Positions 51,410-63,020 of a DNA stretch of 64,000 bases are shown one piece after another (positions within the stretch are counted from its first letter, which is position 1; each line of letters starts with the position of its first letter). The DNA lies in assembly GCA_951804945.1 (NCBI GenBank), contig OX638153.1, positions 73,284,001 to 73,348,000 of the forward strand. Direction: 5' to 3'. Both the position numbers and the translations under genes were made by a program. The notes under the pieces are model-generated. The model had not been told where the DNA came from. It searched no databases and was given only the letters and a program-made list of their open reading frames with translations. The stretch is from Podarcis cretensis. Lineage: Eukaryota.

Positions 51410-54400
51410 GATAATAGTACAAGTTAACTGTTAGTATTTAATATCAGCTTTTCCCTGGCCAGCTCTGCAACCATTTGGTTTCTTTATTTCCTGCAGCTAA
51501 GCTAGGAAAAAGCCTCTTAACAATGAGGAAACTATCAGAAGCCTCATCCTGATCTCATTGGGCTCTCAAATAGTGGATTGTGTCCAACTAAGTTTTTCCT
51601 CAGAGTAGACCTATGGAAAATAATGGACCCATGTTGGGCATATTCATTAATTCAACAGGTCTACTTTGAGTAGGACCAGCATTGGATATACTTGCCCTGG
51701 GGTCCTTTGAAGGAATGTGCAGGATATAAACTTATAAAATAAAGCTCAGTAATTTCCGGAATCTACCCTCCAATTGAGGTTAAGGACTCAAAGGCTTGTG
51801 AATGTGTGTATCCTAAGCAAAAAATTACAGCCTTTAACTGTACTCTAATTTTTAAGATTTTCATGGTGTTAGAAGTTTAACACTACAGAGAATAACTTGT
51901 GTTGAACTGTTTGGGATGGAAGCAATGTAATTGATTATTGGGTATGTAGGTTTCATTTTGTTTGTTCAGTATCATATTAAAGTTGCAATACGCTAGACAC
52001 GGATACAAAAAGGATGCACATTTATTAGGGCAAAATCCAGTGTTGTTTGTTTGTCAGCAGGAGAAACACCGCTATGCAATGAGATTTCTAGTTCCTCCCT
52101 ACGAGCCTCCCAAATTTGCTCTGGGGGGTTTGAGGACGCTCTGGAGCAGACGAAGGGAGCAGGGCGGAAAGAAAGGAAGGCCTGTTACATAATCAGAAGC
52201 CTGCTTGTGTAATGCTGGAGTATGCCACAATTTCTTTTCATATCTTAGTCGATCATCTTTTTGTTTTCTAGTTATTAAATATAAAAGGGTTCACTTTGAG
52301 TGGCTCTTACCACATGAAAAGCCATTCACATGCAGTGACTCTTCACTTGTCTCACACTACCACAGAGCTTTTGGAGGTAGTGTTTGATCTGCTTACTTAG
52401 GTTCTACATATGAATAGCAGTTAAAGCAAGCATCCACATGGCATTCCTAACATGTATGCTGGTCTTACATGAGCTGATTGTATTACATTGAACAGGTCAG
52501 CCTATGTCCATGTGTGACTTTCAGAAAGTGCTCCTGACTTGGGACTCTCTTTTAATGTTCATATTTCTGAAAATGAGGTGAATACAAGGTTTGGTTTGAT
52601 ACAATATGTTGAATAAAGTTTAATGCTGCCATGGAGAAGGTTTGCATTTGCTGGGAGCATGACTTTCTCTGATTTTAAAGAAAATGGAAAAGCATGGTTG
52701 CAACTCTCTAATAGTAGGTTGCTCAACAAAAAAATGTCATCTCAGTTATTGCTAACTTAAACTCTAAAGAAATCTACTCTGTGAATTTTTAATCTGGTCT
52801 CTTTCTTCCTAGGTGGTAGTGAGCCAGGAAGTGGCTTTGGTGCTGCCCATACAGTACCAGCAGGTCCCACTGTGTCAGCCCCAAGCCAGCCAAGTGCATC
52901 TTCAGACAAGTATGCAGCTCTAGCAGAATTAGACAGTGTGTTCAGCTCCACAGCAACCTCTAGTAATGCATATACTTCCACCAGTAATGTTAGCAGGTAC
53001 TCTTTCTTGATAGAAGTTGTTGTAAACCAGTCATGTTTACAAATGGCAAAAAAATGAAATGGTAAAATTTTGAAGTGCAGACATTTTGTGAAAACCCATA
53101 GTTTAAAAATTGCAGTTACATTGGGAGTTTCTGCTTCAGTGGGAGGATGAAGAGGTGGATTGGTTTACTCAGGTGAAAGGTTTTAAACAAGCTATAAGTA
53201 TCGCCAACTCTAAGTAGAAAGAATAAAAATGTAACAAATATTCTGGCAAAAGGGGAAAACGCTTTCAGTATTCTCAGTGCTTTAGGGCTGCATTCCTATA
53301 GACACTTACTTGGAATTAAGTCTTGTTGAGTTCAGTGAGGCTTACTTCCGAGATAAAATTAGGATTGCTTTAAATTGTTTTCAGGGATAAGCCATTTGTA
53401 TGAATATTTTTATTGGTTATAATGGCATAATTGGTTCAAATCTTTTCATAAAGAGAGGTTTGCAAAACTTGGTACTAGCCATGTCAAAAGAAATTAAATA
53501 TATTGTTATTGTAACTGTCTAGAAGTGCAAGTTTCTGCTTGAACCGTATCTAAGTTGATTTTTTTATACAGCTGTGACTACTTTTGGCTAACTGGGAAAA
53601 CAAATTCTGATCTATCACCAGTTAGCTTTTGACTTGTGGTTTAAGTTGAACGAAATGGAACCAACTCCCCCCCCCCCATGTGATTTAACAGCCTCCTATG
53701 TTTTCACATGCAGTAATTAACTGTAGGTGTCTTAATTGTTAAGTAACTGACTCTGATATTGATGAATGTGAATTATTTCCAGTAATGCTTTTGGAACAGT
53801 ACCAGTGGGTGCTAATACACAGACACAGCCTGCGTCATCAAACGTTCCTGCTCAATTTGGAGGTATTGTAAAACATTACTAAGCCATATTGCTAACCTGT
53901 GTTTGAGAGATTCAGCTGCACGACCCCATTTTTTCTGTTCCAGTAGCTATGCTCTACATCTTGAAGGCAAATGTGCCTAGCCGTGCCAGGCTCATCTTTA
54001 ACCAGGAAATGATAAAAATATGTCTTAAACATAAGAGTTATCATACTGTTTTCTTTTGATAGGCAATTTGAGGGCTGTATAGTGCGTTAAAAATGTCCAT
54101 TCTTAATTTTTCAGCAACACCATCCACAAATCCATTTGTGGCTGCCCCTGTAGCCGCAGTAGCACCTTCAACGAACCCATTCCAAACCAATAGCAGAGCA
54201 GCAACAGGTTAGAAAAAGAAAACATGCTATGCATTTGTTTGATAGCAATTAATGTTTACCTTCTGGTACTATAGAATTTTAACTTTGAGGTAGACTAACA
54301 TGCTAAATATAGTTAAGCTCTTATGAAATCAAATGCAGGCGTCTCCCCACTTACGCGGGGGTTATGTTCCCGGGGACACACACATACGTGAAATTGCATA

Positions 54401-57400
54401 GAGTGGGGAGCAGCATCTAAGAAGCCTGTAAACACTGTCTAAACCTCTGGAAACCCTTGAAAAACCTCCCTACAAACCTCCTTTCCCAAACTCAACTTTC
54501 CACTGGCCTCATAGGTTGGTGCAAAGGCTCATGGGATTGCTAGCCATTTTCCTGTTATTTTTGCACCATTTTTGTAGTTTTCCTGCTCTTTTCCAGGCTG
54601 TTTTTGCTCTTTTTACACCTTTTTGTGGTTGAAATCAATTTATTTAATTATATACTGTAATGTATATACGCAGTCACATGTAAGTCAAATTTGTGTAAGT
54701 GGGGAGACGTCTGTGCTTTTGTTGTAGCTTTATCAATCTGGGACAGACAACTAGGAGCAGGGAACATAGATAAGTCTAGATAAAAAACTTCCACTTCCTG
54801 CTTTTTAAAGTATAAATTGAGTTGTTTATATATTTGTGTTTCAGACATTTGCATTGTGTTGCTACTTTTAGAACACTTAATCTTTGTAGTTCATTTAACA
54901 TATATAATGTGTGCAAGAAAATTTACACATTTATCCTTGCGGCTTTTGGGCCCTTGTGCACATTAAAACTTGTATAGCTTCTGTATTAGAGGAAGGAATT
55001 TGACAAGTGACTTGCGCATAGTTCTATCTATGAAGTATTCTGAATTTTTAAATGGTGTTTTAATGCTGGCTATTTTATCATGCAAAAATATTTCTGCGAG
55101 AAGTTGTTTATAAATCATTTGACACTGTCTGGTCTCTTTGTGACTTCCCATAAGGCCTCTCAGGAGCAATGCACTCTCATATATTTCCTCAGGCTCACTT
55201 TGGTAGGTGGCCACATTTTATATGAGCTTCATGTGGCTAACTGTCCATTTGCTTGTGATAGCTTATTGCCAGTTACTGGTTTCTCTGCATGTACGACTTT
55301 TTCAACCCTCCTTTCATATTCTGAAATGGAGTGGGCATGGATGGTGATGCACCTGAAATACATGATGACATTACTCGGTGTAAATGTTAATACATTTTAC
55401 ACCTCGCTCCTAAACACACATACTCAAAAGTACATGCCATTTATTTCATTGGGACTTGCTGTCAAGTAAGTGCGTTTAGGATTGTAAGCAGAAATTGTTA
55501 TCTTACGTCCATGGTCACATTAGTAGGTGCTTAAAATGAGTGGAGTTTTGAAGCTTGTGTTCGTAGTAGCTCAAGTGAAATGAGTCATAGCGCCAAACCA
55601 TTTTGCCACAATGTGTTTGGCTTTGCTGTTTTAGCAAGCTTCACTATTAAGTATCCTCTCTGCTAATAGTAGCTTGTGTAAGTTCTGTCAGTGCACTATT
55701 TGTATCTTGTCTATTTTTCTAGTCATGTGTGGCCTCCTTATTCCACAATTCCCTTCCGTTAACTCTTATGCCATGTATTTCCTGGCTAGCCATAACTATT
55801 GATGGATGTGATGACATAAATCTGTGCCAGATCTCAACAACAAATTCCTTGGAAGCGTCATTCTAAATCTGTAAATAAAGCAAAAATAGTTCCTGGTTCA
55901 GTAAAATAATGTTCTAGAAATTCTTGTGAGACTTTTATGTCTAGTAATATTAGGTATAAATTAATTACTAGACTGTTTCACATGCAGTGCTGCCACTGAA
56001 AAATATTTTTCTTTTCTTTACTGTGACATGGGTTAAGAGTTTCCTTGAGTAGCACTTCCCTCAAAAATCAGTTTGAAAGGGCAGATAGATCAGTTGTCAG
56101 AGTACAAATTTCACTGAGGTAGCCAATGAAGTTGCTCTTGAATCTTGACAACTGCTGTGTATTGAACAGAATTTAATAGTGGTTTGCACCTCAGTGAACA
56201 GCAACAGTTTTCTAATGCTTTCTGCTCATTCTTTCCTTGTTAAATTATTTCTGAAAGTGCTCTTGAATTACTGAGCTAAATGGCTCCATTGCACTTTTGA
56301 AATTAGGTGCTTTTTCCTGCCCTTTTATCTTGAAATTAGCTGCCTGTTTTGTATTTTTGTCCCCTCTAAATAATTTCCGTCTATCTTGTATTCACTGGAA
56401 ATCACATCCCGATTGCCTGTTATATCTAGTTTCCATGTTCTGTTTTTTTAAAAAAACATTTGGAAATATCTAGGCAGAGATACTGGCAAATGTTATGTTG
56501 TCAAAAAGAACAGGCCCAACAAATTTTTGGCCGTGTTCTTAGAAAATCCAGAAGCTTAATAGTTTTAAGGCTAGCCATGTCACTGGCTGCTTCATAAGGG
56601 ATTCTGAGGATATGCGTGACTTCACAGAAAAATCATAGCTCAAAAATAATTGAATGCTTACATTTCCCTTACCAGCAGCAACATTTGGCACAGCATCCAT
56701 GAGCATGCCTGCAGGATTTGGAACAACTGCCTCATACAGTCTTCCTACTAGCTTTAGTGGTAACTTCCAGCAGCCTGCATTCCCAGCCCAGGCAGCCTTT
56801 CCTCAGGCTGCTTTCACTCAGCAACCAAATGGTAAATGATTGCATGTTACATTTTGTTTTAGCTGATGGGAGTATACAATAGTAGCTTAAGAATGTCTTG
56901 GAAGTTGAGACTGCTTATTTCAAGAGAATTTGCCTATCCTGTGTAACATCAATTGAATGTTACATTGCTGCTTCAGAATAACACTGGTGGTATAAACGTT
57001 TGTGCAGGGAGGAGGGTGGGGGAGAGTCACCTGAGCAGCGTATTTTATATTCTCATGTTCTTTGTCCTTAGGCACAGAAAAAATTGTTGTGATATTTATT
57101 CTACTAGCATGAGCTGTTTTTATTGTGCAAAGAATTTTTGTCAGCCTTCCTTTCCTTTTATAAGGAAAAGAGTGTTATAATTTCTAAATAAGTTGTGTTT
57201 GGCCCTAGCAAAACCAGGTTACACCTAAGTTGCTACTTAACAAACACAGGGAATGTATTCAAGATGATATTCTGAATCTTTTCACTTAAAGAATCTGGCA
57301 AATATACTACTGTATGATTAAGTAGAAACTTAGTTTATGCATAATTTTATACCATGAAGTTTGAATGTGCCTTTATGTCAGAAAAAGATGCATGTTTCAT

Positions 57401-58391
57401 AGGCTTTGCTAGCTAGTATTTTTATATTTCAGACACACCTAGGATCCCAGCGTTAAAGAACTGGGCACAAGAGATACTAAGATGGTTGTAGTAAGCCAGA
57501 CTTCCTCAACCTTGGCCCTCCAGATGTTTTTTGGCCTACAACTCCCATGATCCCTAGCTAGCAGGACCAGTGGTCAGGGGTGCTAGGAATTGTAGTCTCA
57601 AAACATCTGGAGGGCCGAGGTTGAGGGAAGCCTGTAGTAAACCGTTCTGAGCACACAGAGAGCAGTTCAAGTTGTATTTTTAATTGACATGATTTTGTTG
57701 AAGAAACCTACAGTAGGAAGCAAATCAACTAAGTGATTAAGTCCCATTGTTTAAGATTGGGATCAGATATTTTATTGAGTTTAATTGCTGAGAGCAGAGT
57801 ATATGCATAGTGTGATACTTGGTTACCAGTCTAAAGTTAACTTCTGATATTTTATTACAAAGGAGCCGGCTTTGCTGCATTTGGACAGGCAAAACCAGTA
57901 GTAACCCCATTTGGGCAAGTTACAGCTGTTGGAGTATCTAGTAATCCTTTTATGGTAAGTGAGCTCTGGTGATATGGTAGTCTAGATCAGGGGGTAACTT
58001 TTTCTGTCATTATTGACTTGGATTCATGAGACAGTTCAGTTGGGATGGAGCAGGGGGCCATGCTCTTGATGCTTGTAATTTTATATATTTGGAGTCATAG
58101 CTAATTCCAAAGGGATACAAAAAAAGTAAAACTTTCACCTCCCCATCCTGTTTTACACAGTCATCTGTGTACATCTGCTCTATGCTGTTAGCTCTTTTCC
58201 TCTTGTGCCTTTGCTAAAAATGTATTATAGGCAGTTGGCCCATCTAGAGGAAATGGAAAAATTAAGTTTTGTCCAGATGGTATGCTTGGCATATGGCTTT
58301 TTGTGTGAGACTTCTCTTTTGTTTTCTTTAGGCAGGTGGACCAGCAGGGCAATTTCCAACAGGAAGCTCATCAACCAATCCTTTCTTATAG
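32687..58391 (+). CDS. AGFG1: ArfGAP with FG repeats 1 (HRB/RIP), complete; join(32687..32853,35735..35828,41854..41969,44081..44243,44890..45043,47660..47779,[48350..48424],49497..49700,52813..52996,53783..53862,54115..54207,[55155..55202],56676..56831,57863..57954,58332..58391); 560 aa core, 601 aa with both cassettes
   Basis: MAASAKRKQEEKHLK...CFDC-x16-CTSCSGILRGLNPPHRVKSISMTTF (ArfGAP Zn finger), FG repeats, two DKYAALA.LD motifs and four NPF motifs ending STNPFL*. All introns are GT-AG with consistent phases. Confidence 0.98.
35735..35828 (+). CDS. AGFG1: AGFG1 exon 2
   Basis: RGLNPPHRVKSISMTTFTQQEIEFLQKHGNE; ag/gt flanks. Confidence 0.96.
36706..37893 (-). mobile_element. CR1 LINE fragments (minus strand) interrupted by a MITE
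   Basis: Begins with the reverse complement of a CR1 3' end (agagcctgctgaatcaggcc...ctagtccagcatcctg), and CR1-like ORF2 sequence resumes after 37448. Confidence 0.7.
37037..37447. mobile_element. hAT-like MITE nested in the CR1
   Basis: TIR-like CAGAGTTTGAAA / TTTCTAACACTG; imperfect 8-bp TSD GCTATGAA/GTTATGAG. Confidence 0.55.
40540..40900 (+). mobile_element. Full-length Sauria SINE with a ~44-bp target-site duplication
   Basis: GGGACACGGGTGGCGCTGTGG head and ACCTTTACCTTT tail; flanks 40494-40537 and 40899-40942 are near-identical. Confidence 0.93.
41854..41969 (+). CDS. AGFG1: AGFG1 exon 3
   Basis: VCKQIWLGLFDDRSSAIPDFRDPQKVKEFLQEKYEKKRW. Confidence 0.96.
42087..42312. mobile_element. 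Tigger/pogo-type MITE
   Basis: TIRs CAGTAGTACCTCAGGTTA / TAACCCGAGGTACCACTG with TA TSD. Confidence 0.88.
42743..42930 (+). mobile_element. Squam3-like SINE
   Basis: atagctcagtggtagagcatctg...acatgcagaaggccccaggttca...ctccag...cagcttcct. Confidence 0.75.
43619..43985. mobile_element. hAT (Charlie-like) MITE
   Basis: TIRs CAGTGGTTCCCAA / TTGGGAACCCCTG; perfect 8-bp TSD CTATAGTG. Confidence 0.85.
44081..44243 (+). CDS. AGFG1: AGFG1 exon 4
   Basis: YVPPEQAKVVASVHASISGSS...PEVKPLKSLLGESAPALHLNKSTPTQ. Confidence 0.96.
44890..45043 (+). CDS. AGFG1: AGFG1 exon 5
   Basis: SPVVNRSQGQSQEKKQFDLLSDLGSDIFAAPAPHSTATANFANFAHFNSHT. Confidence 0.96.
47660..47779 (+). CDS. AGFG1: AGFG1 exon 6
   Basis: AQNSANAGFANFDAFGQSSGSSNFGGFPTASQSAFQHQNT. 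Confidence 0.95.
48350..48424 (+). CDS. AGFG1: AGFG1 alternative cassette exon (75 nt, phase 1-1)
   Basis: gtccag|CGTTCAGA ... GTGCGCA|gtaagt; AFRTLSSSCSFGEFTTSAFPLQAVR resembles the insert of the long mammalian isoform. Confidence 0.85.
49497..49700 (+). CDS. AGFG1: AGFG1 exon 7
   Basis: GSAGSVNANFAHFDNFPKSSSADFG...SADKYAALANLDNIFSTGQ. Confidence 0.96.
50840..50888 (+). repeat. (TCAA)n microsatellite
   Basis: Directly visible tandem repeat. Confidence 0.9.
51374..51409 (+). repeat. (AAAG)n microsatellite; an A24 run lies nearby at 51215-51238
   Basis: Directly visible. Confidence 0.9.
52813..52996 (+). CDS. AGFG1: AGFG1 exon 8
   Basis: GGSEPGSGFG...SSDKYAALAELDSVFSS...SNVS. Confidence 0.95.
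53783..53862 (+). CDS. AGFG1: AGFG1 exon 9
   Basis: NAFGTVPVGANTQTQPASSNVPAQFG. Confidence 0.93.
54115..54207 (+). CDS. AGFG1: AGFG1 exon 10 (two NPF motifs)
   Basis: ATPSTNPFVAAPVAAVAPSTNPFQTNSRAAT. Confidence 0.95.
54336..54713. mobile_element. Tigger-like MITE
   Basis: TIRs CAGGCGTCTCCCCACTTAC / GTAAGTGGGGAGACGTCTG. Confidence 0.75.
55155..55202 (+). CDS. AGFG1: AGFG1 alternative 48-nt cassette exon (phase 1-1)
   Basis: cataag|GCCTCTCAG ... CACTTTG|gtaggt; GLSGAMHSHIFPQAHF resembles a mammalian AGFG1 alternative insert as recalled; downstream TGCATG at 55286. Confidence 0.8.
56676..56831 (+). CDS. AGFG1: AGFG1 exon 11 (NAGNAG acceptor, 56676 or 56679)
   Basis: AATFGTASMSMPAGFGTTASYSLPTSFSGNFQQPAFPAQAAFPQAAFTQQPN. 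Confidence 0.95.
57497..57634. mobile_element. Palindromic hAT MITE (URR1-like)
   Basis: Almost entirely self-complementary; TSD TAGTAAGC/TAGTAAAC. Confidence 0.85.
57863..57954 (+). CDS. AGFG1: AGFG1 exon 12
   Basis: GAGFAAFGQAKPVVTPFGQVTAVGVSSNPFM|gtaagt. Confidence 0.95.
58332..58391 (+). CDS. AGFG1: AGFG1 last coding exon
   Basis: AGGPAGQFPTGSSSTNPFL*. Confidence 0.95.
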   Translation, partial: AGGPAGQFPTGSSSTNPFL

Positions 58392-58974
58392 CCTTATAGA
58401 CACTTTACCTAAAAGAACTCTTATGTGATCACACAACATCTCTGCGCCTCTTGCACTGTTGTCTTGTTTCACTGATCTTAGCTTTAAACACAAGAGAACT
58501 CTTTCAAAAAAAATAAAAAAGCCTGCATTGTGTATTAAAACCAAGAAACACCAGGTAATGTGCAAAACAGGGGCCATGGAAACATCTTTTTATCTGTGCG
58601 TTGGCAGGAGAATGTTAATGGTATCATGTATTTTAAAATTGGCTAATAAGTTATTGCAGATACCACATTCATTATGCTGCAGTACTGTACATATTTTTTC
58701 CTTAGGAATTAGTTATTTGTGCATATCAGTATTTGTAACTTTTAACACATTGTTATGTGAAAAACGTTACTGGGGGAAATAGATCAGTCACTTTAAGGTG
58801 CTGTCGTATCTCTTGGAATGAATGGCCTACATCATTTTAACCATTGCTGTTTGGAGTTATGAGTTCAAAATTGAAGGTTTTATTCATTTCTTGAAGTGTT
58901 TTTCCTTTCCTAAAGAGCTCTTCTATTTATACATGCCTAAATTCTCTATAATGTAGAGGGATACCTGTCTGCAT

Positions 58975-59023
58975 AATAAAGCTGATCATGTTTTGCTACA
59001 GTTTGCAGGTGGAAAAAAATAAA
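58975..59023 (+). terminator. AGFG1 proximal polyadenylation signals (AATAAA at 58975 and 59018)
   Basis: Two AATAAA followed by GT-rich gtgtttgtctttg. Confidence 0.65.
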
Positions 59024-60203
59024 TATTAGAAAAAAAAGTGTTTGTCTTTGCCGGCATTTGCACTAACCAATTTTGTTAAATCTTTAGGAATCCTTCCAGG
59101 ATGCGTTTCCACAGCTGCTTTTGGTAATGTTGAAAAATCTCCTGGTGATCAGCCAATAAAGCCTGTGCACAACATTATATAGGTTTACAGATGTCACAAG
59201 ACCAGTCAGCCGCACGTGTCACTTCCTCTTTGATAGTTTGTGTGAAAGAGGGGGAAGAGAAGATGACACAGTGAGCCCTGAGAGGAAAACAGATGGAGGG
59301 GGGGGGAGGGAATCCAAAAGGTGTGTGTGTATAAAGAGACTGCCATCTTTCAGTGAGCAGTAGAGTGCAGAAGCCATCTACAAATCAGGTTGCATGAGGG
59401 GAAAACTGTGAGTCCCACTTCATTGCGATGAGCTGCAGGAGTAGGGTGGAGACTGTTGGAGTGAGAAAGGAAAGCTCTGTAATAACTACATATGCCGAGG
59501 AATGGGGAAGGGATTAGCGGGGAAAGGAATGAGCCCTGTTGTCTTGAAGTATCTCACTTAAGATACTCATTGCCTTCAATGAGCTGCCCACTTCTTTACT
59601 CTGGAGCTCATGAGACATTTCTGTGGCTCATGGAAAATATCAAATAAAATATCAAACTGTCATTATTTTGAACACTATAGCTAATCTGATTTTAGATGGG
59701 CAGTACAGAACCTACTTAACTTCTTGCTCAGTTTTGTTCATGAAGAATCCCACTCTGGTGGGACACACATTGTTTGATTTATTGATCCAGGCTTGTATCC
59801 CATGTACTGCAAGCAGAACTTTGCTTGTGCAATAGGCCTTCCCTTCCCTTCCCTCCCCTCCCCTCCCCTCTCCTCTCCTCCATGCCTCCCAAATCTACTC
59901 TGGAGAGTCCTCCAACCCAGAGCTGATTTTGAGGGCATGCAGAAAACTGCAGGGAAGAGGAAGGAAAAGTTCTATTCTGGAAGTGGACAACTCTGCATTA
60001 ACAGAACCAGAGTGTTGGATGTTGCCCGAGGTTTCTGTTAAACTTATTTTGAGATCTCCATGACAGGGTGCAAGAACTTAATAGGCCTTGTTAGAGGCTA
60101 GACACCTGTTGCGATAGTTTGTGACTACTTGAATCATAGCAGCAGTTTGCTCAACATATCCTGTGTATTTTGTACAATACTCATTGAAGGTTAGAGGGTT
60201 TTA

Positions 60204-60440
60204 CAGTGGTGCCCCGCAAGACGAACGCCTCGCAAGACGAAAAACTCGCTAGATGAAAGGGTTTTCCGTTTTTCGAGGTGCTTCGCAAGACGAATTTCCC
60301 TATGGGCTTGCTTCGCAAGACGAAAACGTCTTGCGAGTTTGCTTCCTTTTTCTTAAAGCCGTTAATACCTGGGGAATCCGCGCTCCGCAAGACGAAAAAA
60401 CTCGCGGAACGAATTAATTTCGTCTTGTGAGGCACCACAG
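60204..60440. mobile_element. Tigger/pogo-type MITE with repeated CGCAAGACGAA subterminal motifs
   Basis: TIRs CAGTGGTGCCCCGCAAGACGAA / TTCGTCTTGTGAGGCACCACAG with TA TSD. Confidence 0.88.
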
Positions 60441-62225
60441 TACTTTCATATGTTGACTCTAAGCTTCTGTAATGGTAATAAACAAAAGTTCTGTATTTTA
60501 CTACAGTTGGCATACAGTTGTTTCTCTTTCGTTTAGTTTAACGGTGTGAGATGGTAAGTGCTGCTTTCTACATAGGCTCAAAAAGCAGTATGAACATTAT
60601 TTTTGGAGAGAGCTATTCAATATGGAGACTTTCCAAGGGAGTTGACTTATGAAGCATATTTTATAAAGAATATTTTCTACAAGAATTAGCTAAACTATGG
60701 TAATGCAGTTTTTTGCTTGCCAAAAAAAACCAAGGCAGTGAAATGTACCCCACCCAGTACTGCTTTTGCTGCATCTTATTTGAACTCTTCTTAATGAGGA
60801 GGGTAAAAAGAGGGTAAAATAAAGGAATTAAACTGGCCAGAAAATATCAGTTTATGTAAAGTTGGACCAAGCTCCCATTATATTGTTCACCATAAACTTC
60901 TGGGGAGCTCTAAAAAATATCTACCTTGTATGATTGTCACCCTCACATACCTATTTTCAAATCAGGAAATGGAAAGCAAAAATTAGTACCAAAATGCAGA
61001 CTTCACACATTTGACCACAGAGCTCAAAACGAATATCATATGAGAGTGCTGTGATGGGGGATGTGGTCTCCCAATTTGCTTAGTTGTAAAGCAGCTGAGG
61101 GCTGCAATTTCCATTGAAGTAATAGCTGAGGACGAGAGATTTGTAACTTCTTCCTCATGCAGATTTAACCCTTCTATCCACCAGTCACTAACATTTGCAC
61201 TGCCTAGGGGAAATAATAGGTAATAGTCATGCCTTCACCTGGACATAGAATGTAATGAGCAGCACTCTTGCTTTTCTGCCTCACTTTCCCTTCAAAATAG
61301 AGCAAGTGTACTTTTTCTAGAATTTTACAATATTTAGTATGCCATGTACTTACAGATTGGGCATAATCACAATAGAACTTGCTTAATATAATATAAACAT
61401 CTTTAGAATTATTGATTTAAAGTTAATGTTGGTCCCCTAAGTCATACTAACTTGACTTTGTTTTCTATGCTTCAAGCATTATTTTGAATTTCTGATAAAC
61501 AGTTACATGATTAGGCTTGGTCATTTGGTTTGGGCGTGAAATGCAGTTTATATAGTGGGAATAGATGCAGCATGTAACTGTAACATTATTGCTTGTGTTG
61601 GGGTGGCAATCCTAGAACGCATTGAATAGCAGATTAACAAATCTCAGGTTACCTGAATATTAATTATGGATGAAGGACTGGGTTAATGAGTGTTTCAACA
61701 ATACTTAACATAGTTTGCCACTGTGGATTGGCACAGTTGCAATGATGAAATTTGTGAAATGTTTGCACCGGGGTATTTGGTCTGAAATCTCAATTAGCAC
61801 TTTAAAATATTGTCTTTATAAAAAAGAAAAAGGGATACTGGCCTTAATCTAGCTGTTGTCATACATAAATAGAGGATAGGTTCATCAGTTTTCAGCCTAC
61901 TATTTCCACACTCGCCTCCTGTATTAAGGCCACTCCAGGATTGGATGCAAATTTGACTCAGCTATAAAAAAACACGATAGGCATAGATAATTTACAATAG
62001 ATAATTTAAACAATGAAAGGGTATGTTCTTGCAAATACTTAATATTCACACTATTTATTTACGCCATTCTTTTCATGCTTTTTCAGCTAATGACTCTGCA
62101 AGATGACTAATATCCATACAAATCACAATAAAACTATGGAAAATAACATTGAAATATATGCTGCTTAACAAAGCAGTTCCAGCAAGTACACAAAACAGCA
62201 GAAAATCGGAGAGGACCCACGAGTC

Positions 62226-62286
62226 TCTTAAAACAATATTTTCTTAAAACAATTTTCTTAAAACAATTTTCTTAAAACAATATTTT
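62226..62286 (+). repeat. Minisatellite, 4 copies of a 14-16-bp TCTTAAAACAA(TA)TTT unit
   Basis: Directly visible. Confidence 0.85.
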
Positions 62287-62849
62287 CACCTGATTTCAAA
62301 AGGCTGCAAGTTTCAAGAGGGAGGCAGAGCTACAAATGTGTAGCACCAAAGGGCCCTGATTATAGTCCAGAACCCTCTTGCCTATTTGTGCCGTATGTTC
62401 AGTGCCAGTCCAATGTTTACCATGTGACTTACCTCATGCAACAAGTGACTTACAAACCATAATTTACCTTTCATTTGGTGAATGTGAACTTAGCTTACTA
62501 AGGAATGCTGAACAAGGACGAAAACTGGAAATTTTAATCCGATAAGTTGTGTAAACATGATAAACCAAACTTTTAAAGATTCAGACCAACAAAATTCAAA
62601 ATTCTATTTTTGTTTTTGAAATTGAAAAATGCGATTGATAAAAAATAAACAGCCATGACCTGGCAAAATGATTTGGAATTGAAAGATGCTCCAGGCAGTT
62701 GCTGTCTGGCTCACAAATGAGTAGGAATGCAATGGTGCACCAAACATGTTTGCTTCCATTTCTTCCTCCCCCTTGATTAACATTGTGTGGATGAACAAAC
62801 CCCAAAATGAGCTTTATTCTCAGGTAATTTTTTGCTGAAGGTGCTAAAG

Positions 62850-63020
62850 TCACAGTCTTGTGTCATAGCGGACTGCATTCTGCTCTTCTGCCTCAGTCTT
62901 CTGAAGATTTTCAACCAGGTTCTTTGACTCCTTTTGGCATTTGAGTGATGTTATCGTAAAAATACTTCTGATTAGGAAAATCACAGCTATTACTGCAAAG
63001 TAACTGCCATATATTAGGAA
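62850..63020 (-). CDS. SLC19A3: Thiamine transporter 2, last coding exon (upstream exons lie beyond the window end)
   Basis: Minus-strand acceptor ctttcttgcag| then [56 protein letters not shown]. This resembles the SLC19A3 last TM helix ([20 protein letters not shown]) and tail. Position and orientation downstream of AGFG1 match the human arrangement. Confidence 0.88.
   Translation of the reverse strand, partial: [56 protein letters not shown]

Noticed and set aside
59192-59617. Possible solo LTR (TGTCAC...GAGACA with an internal TATAAA) downstream of the AGFG1 polyA sites
   Set aside because: No matching TSD and no clear polyA signal, so too weak to call.
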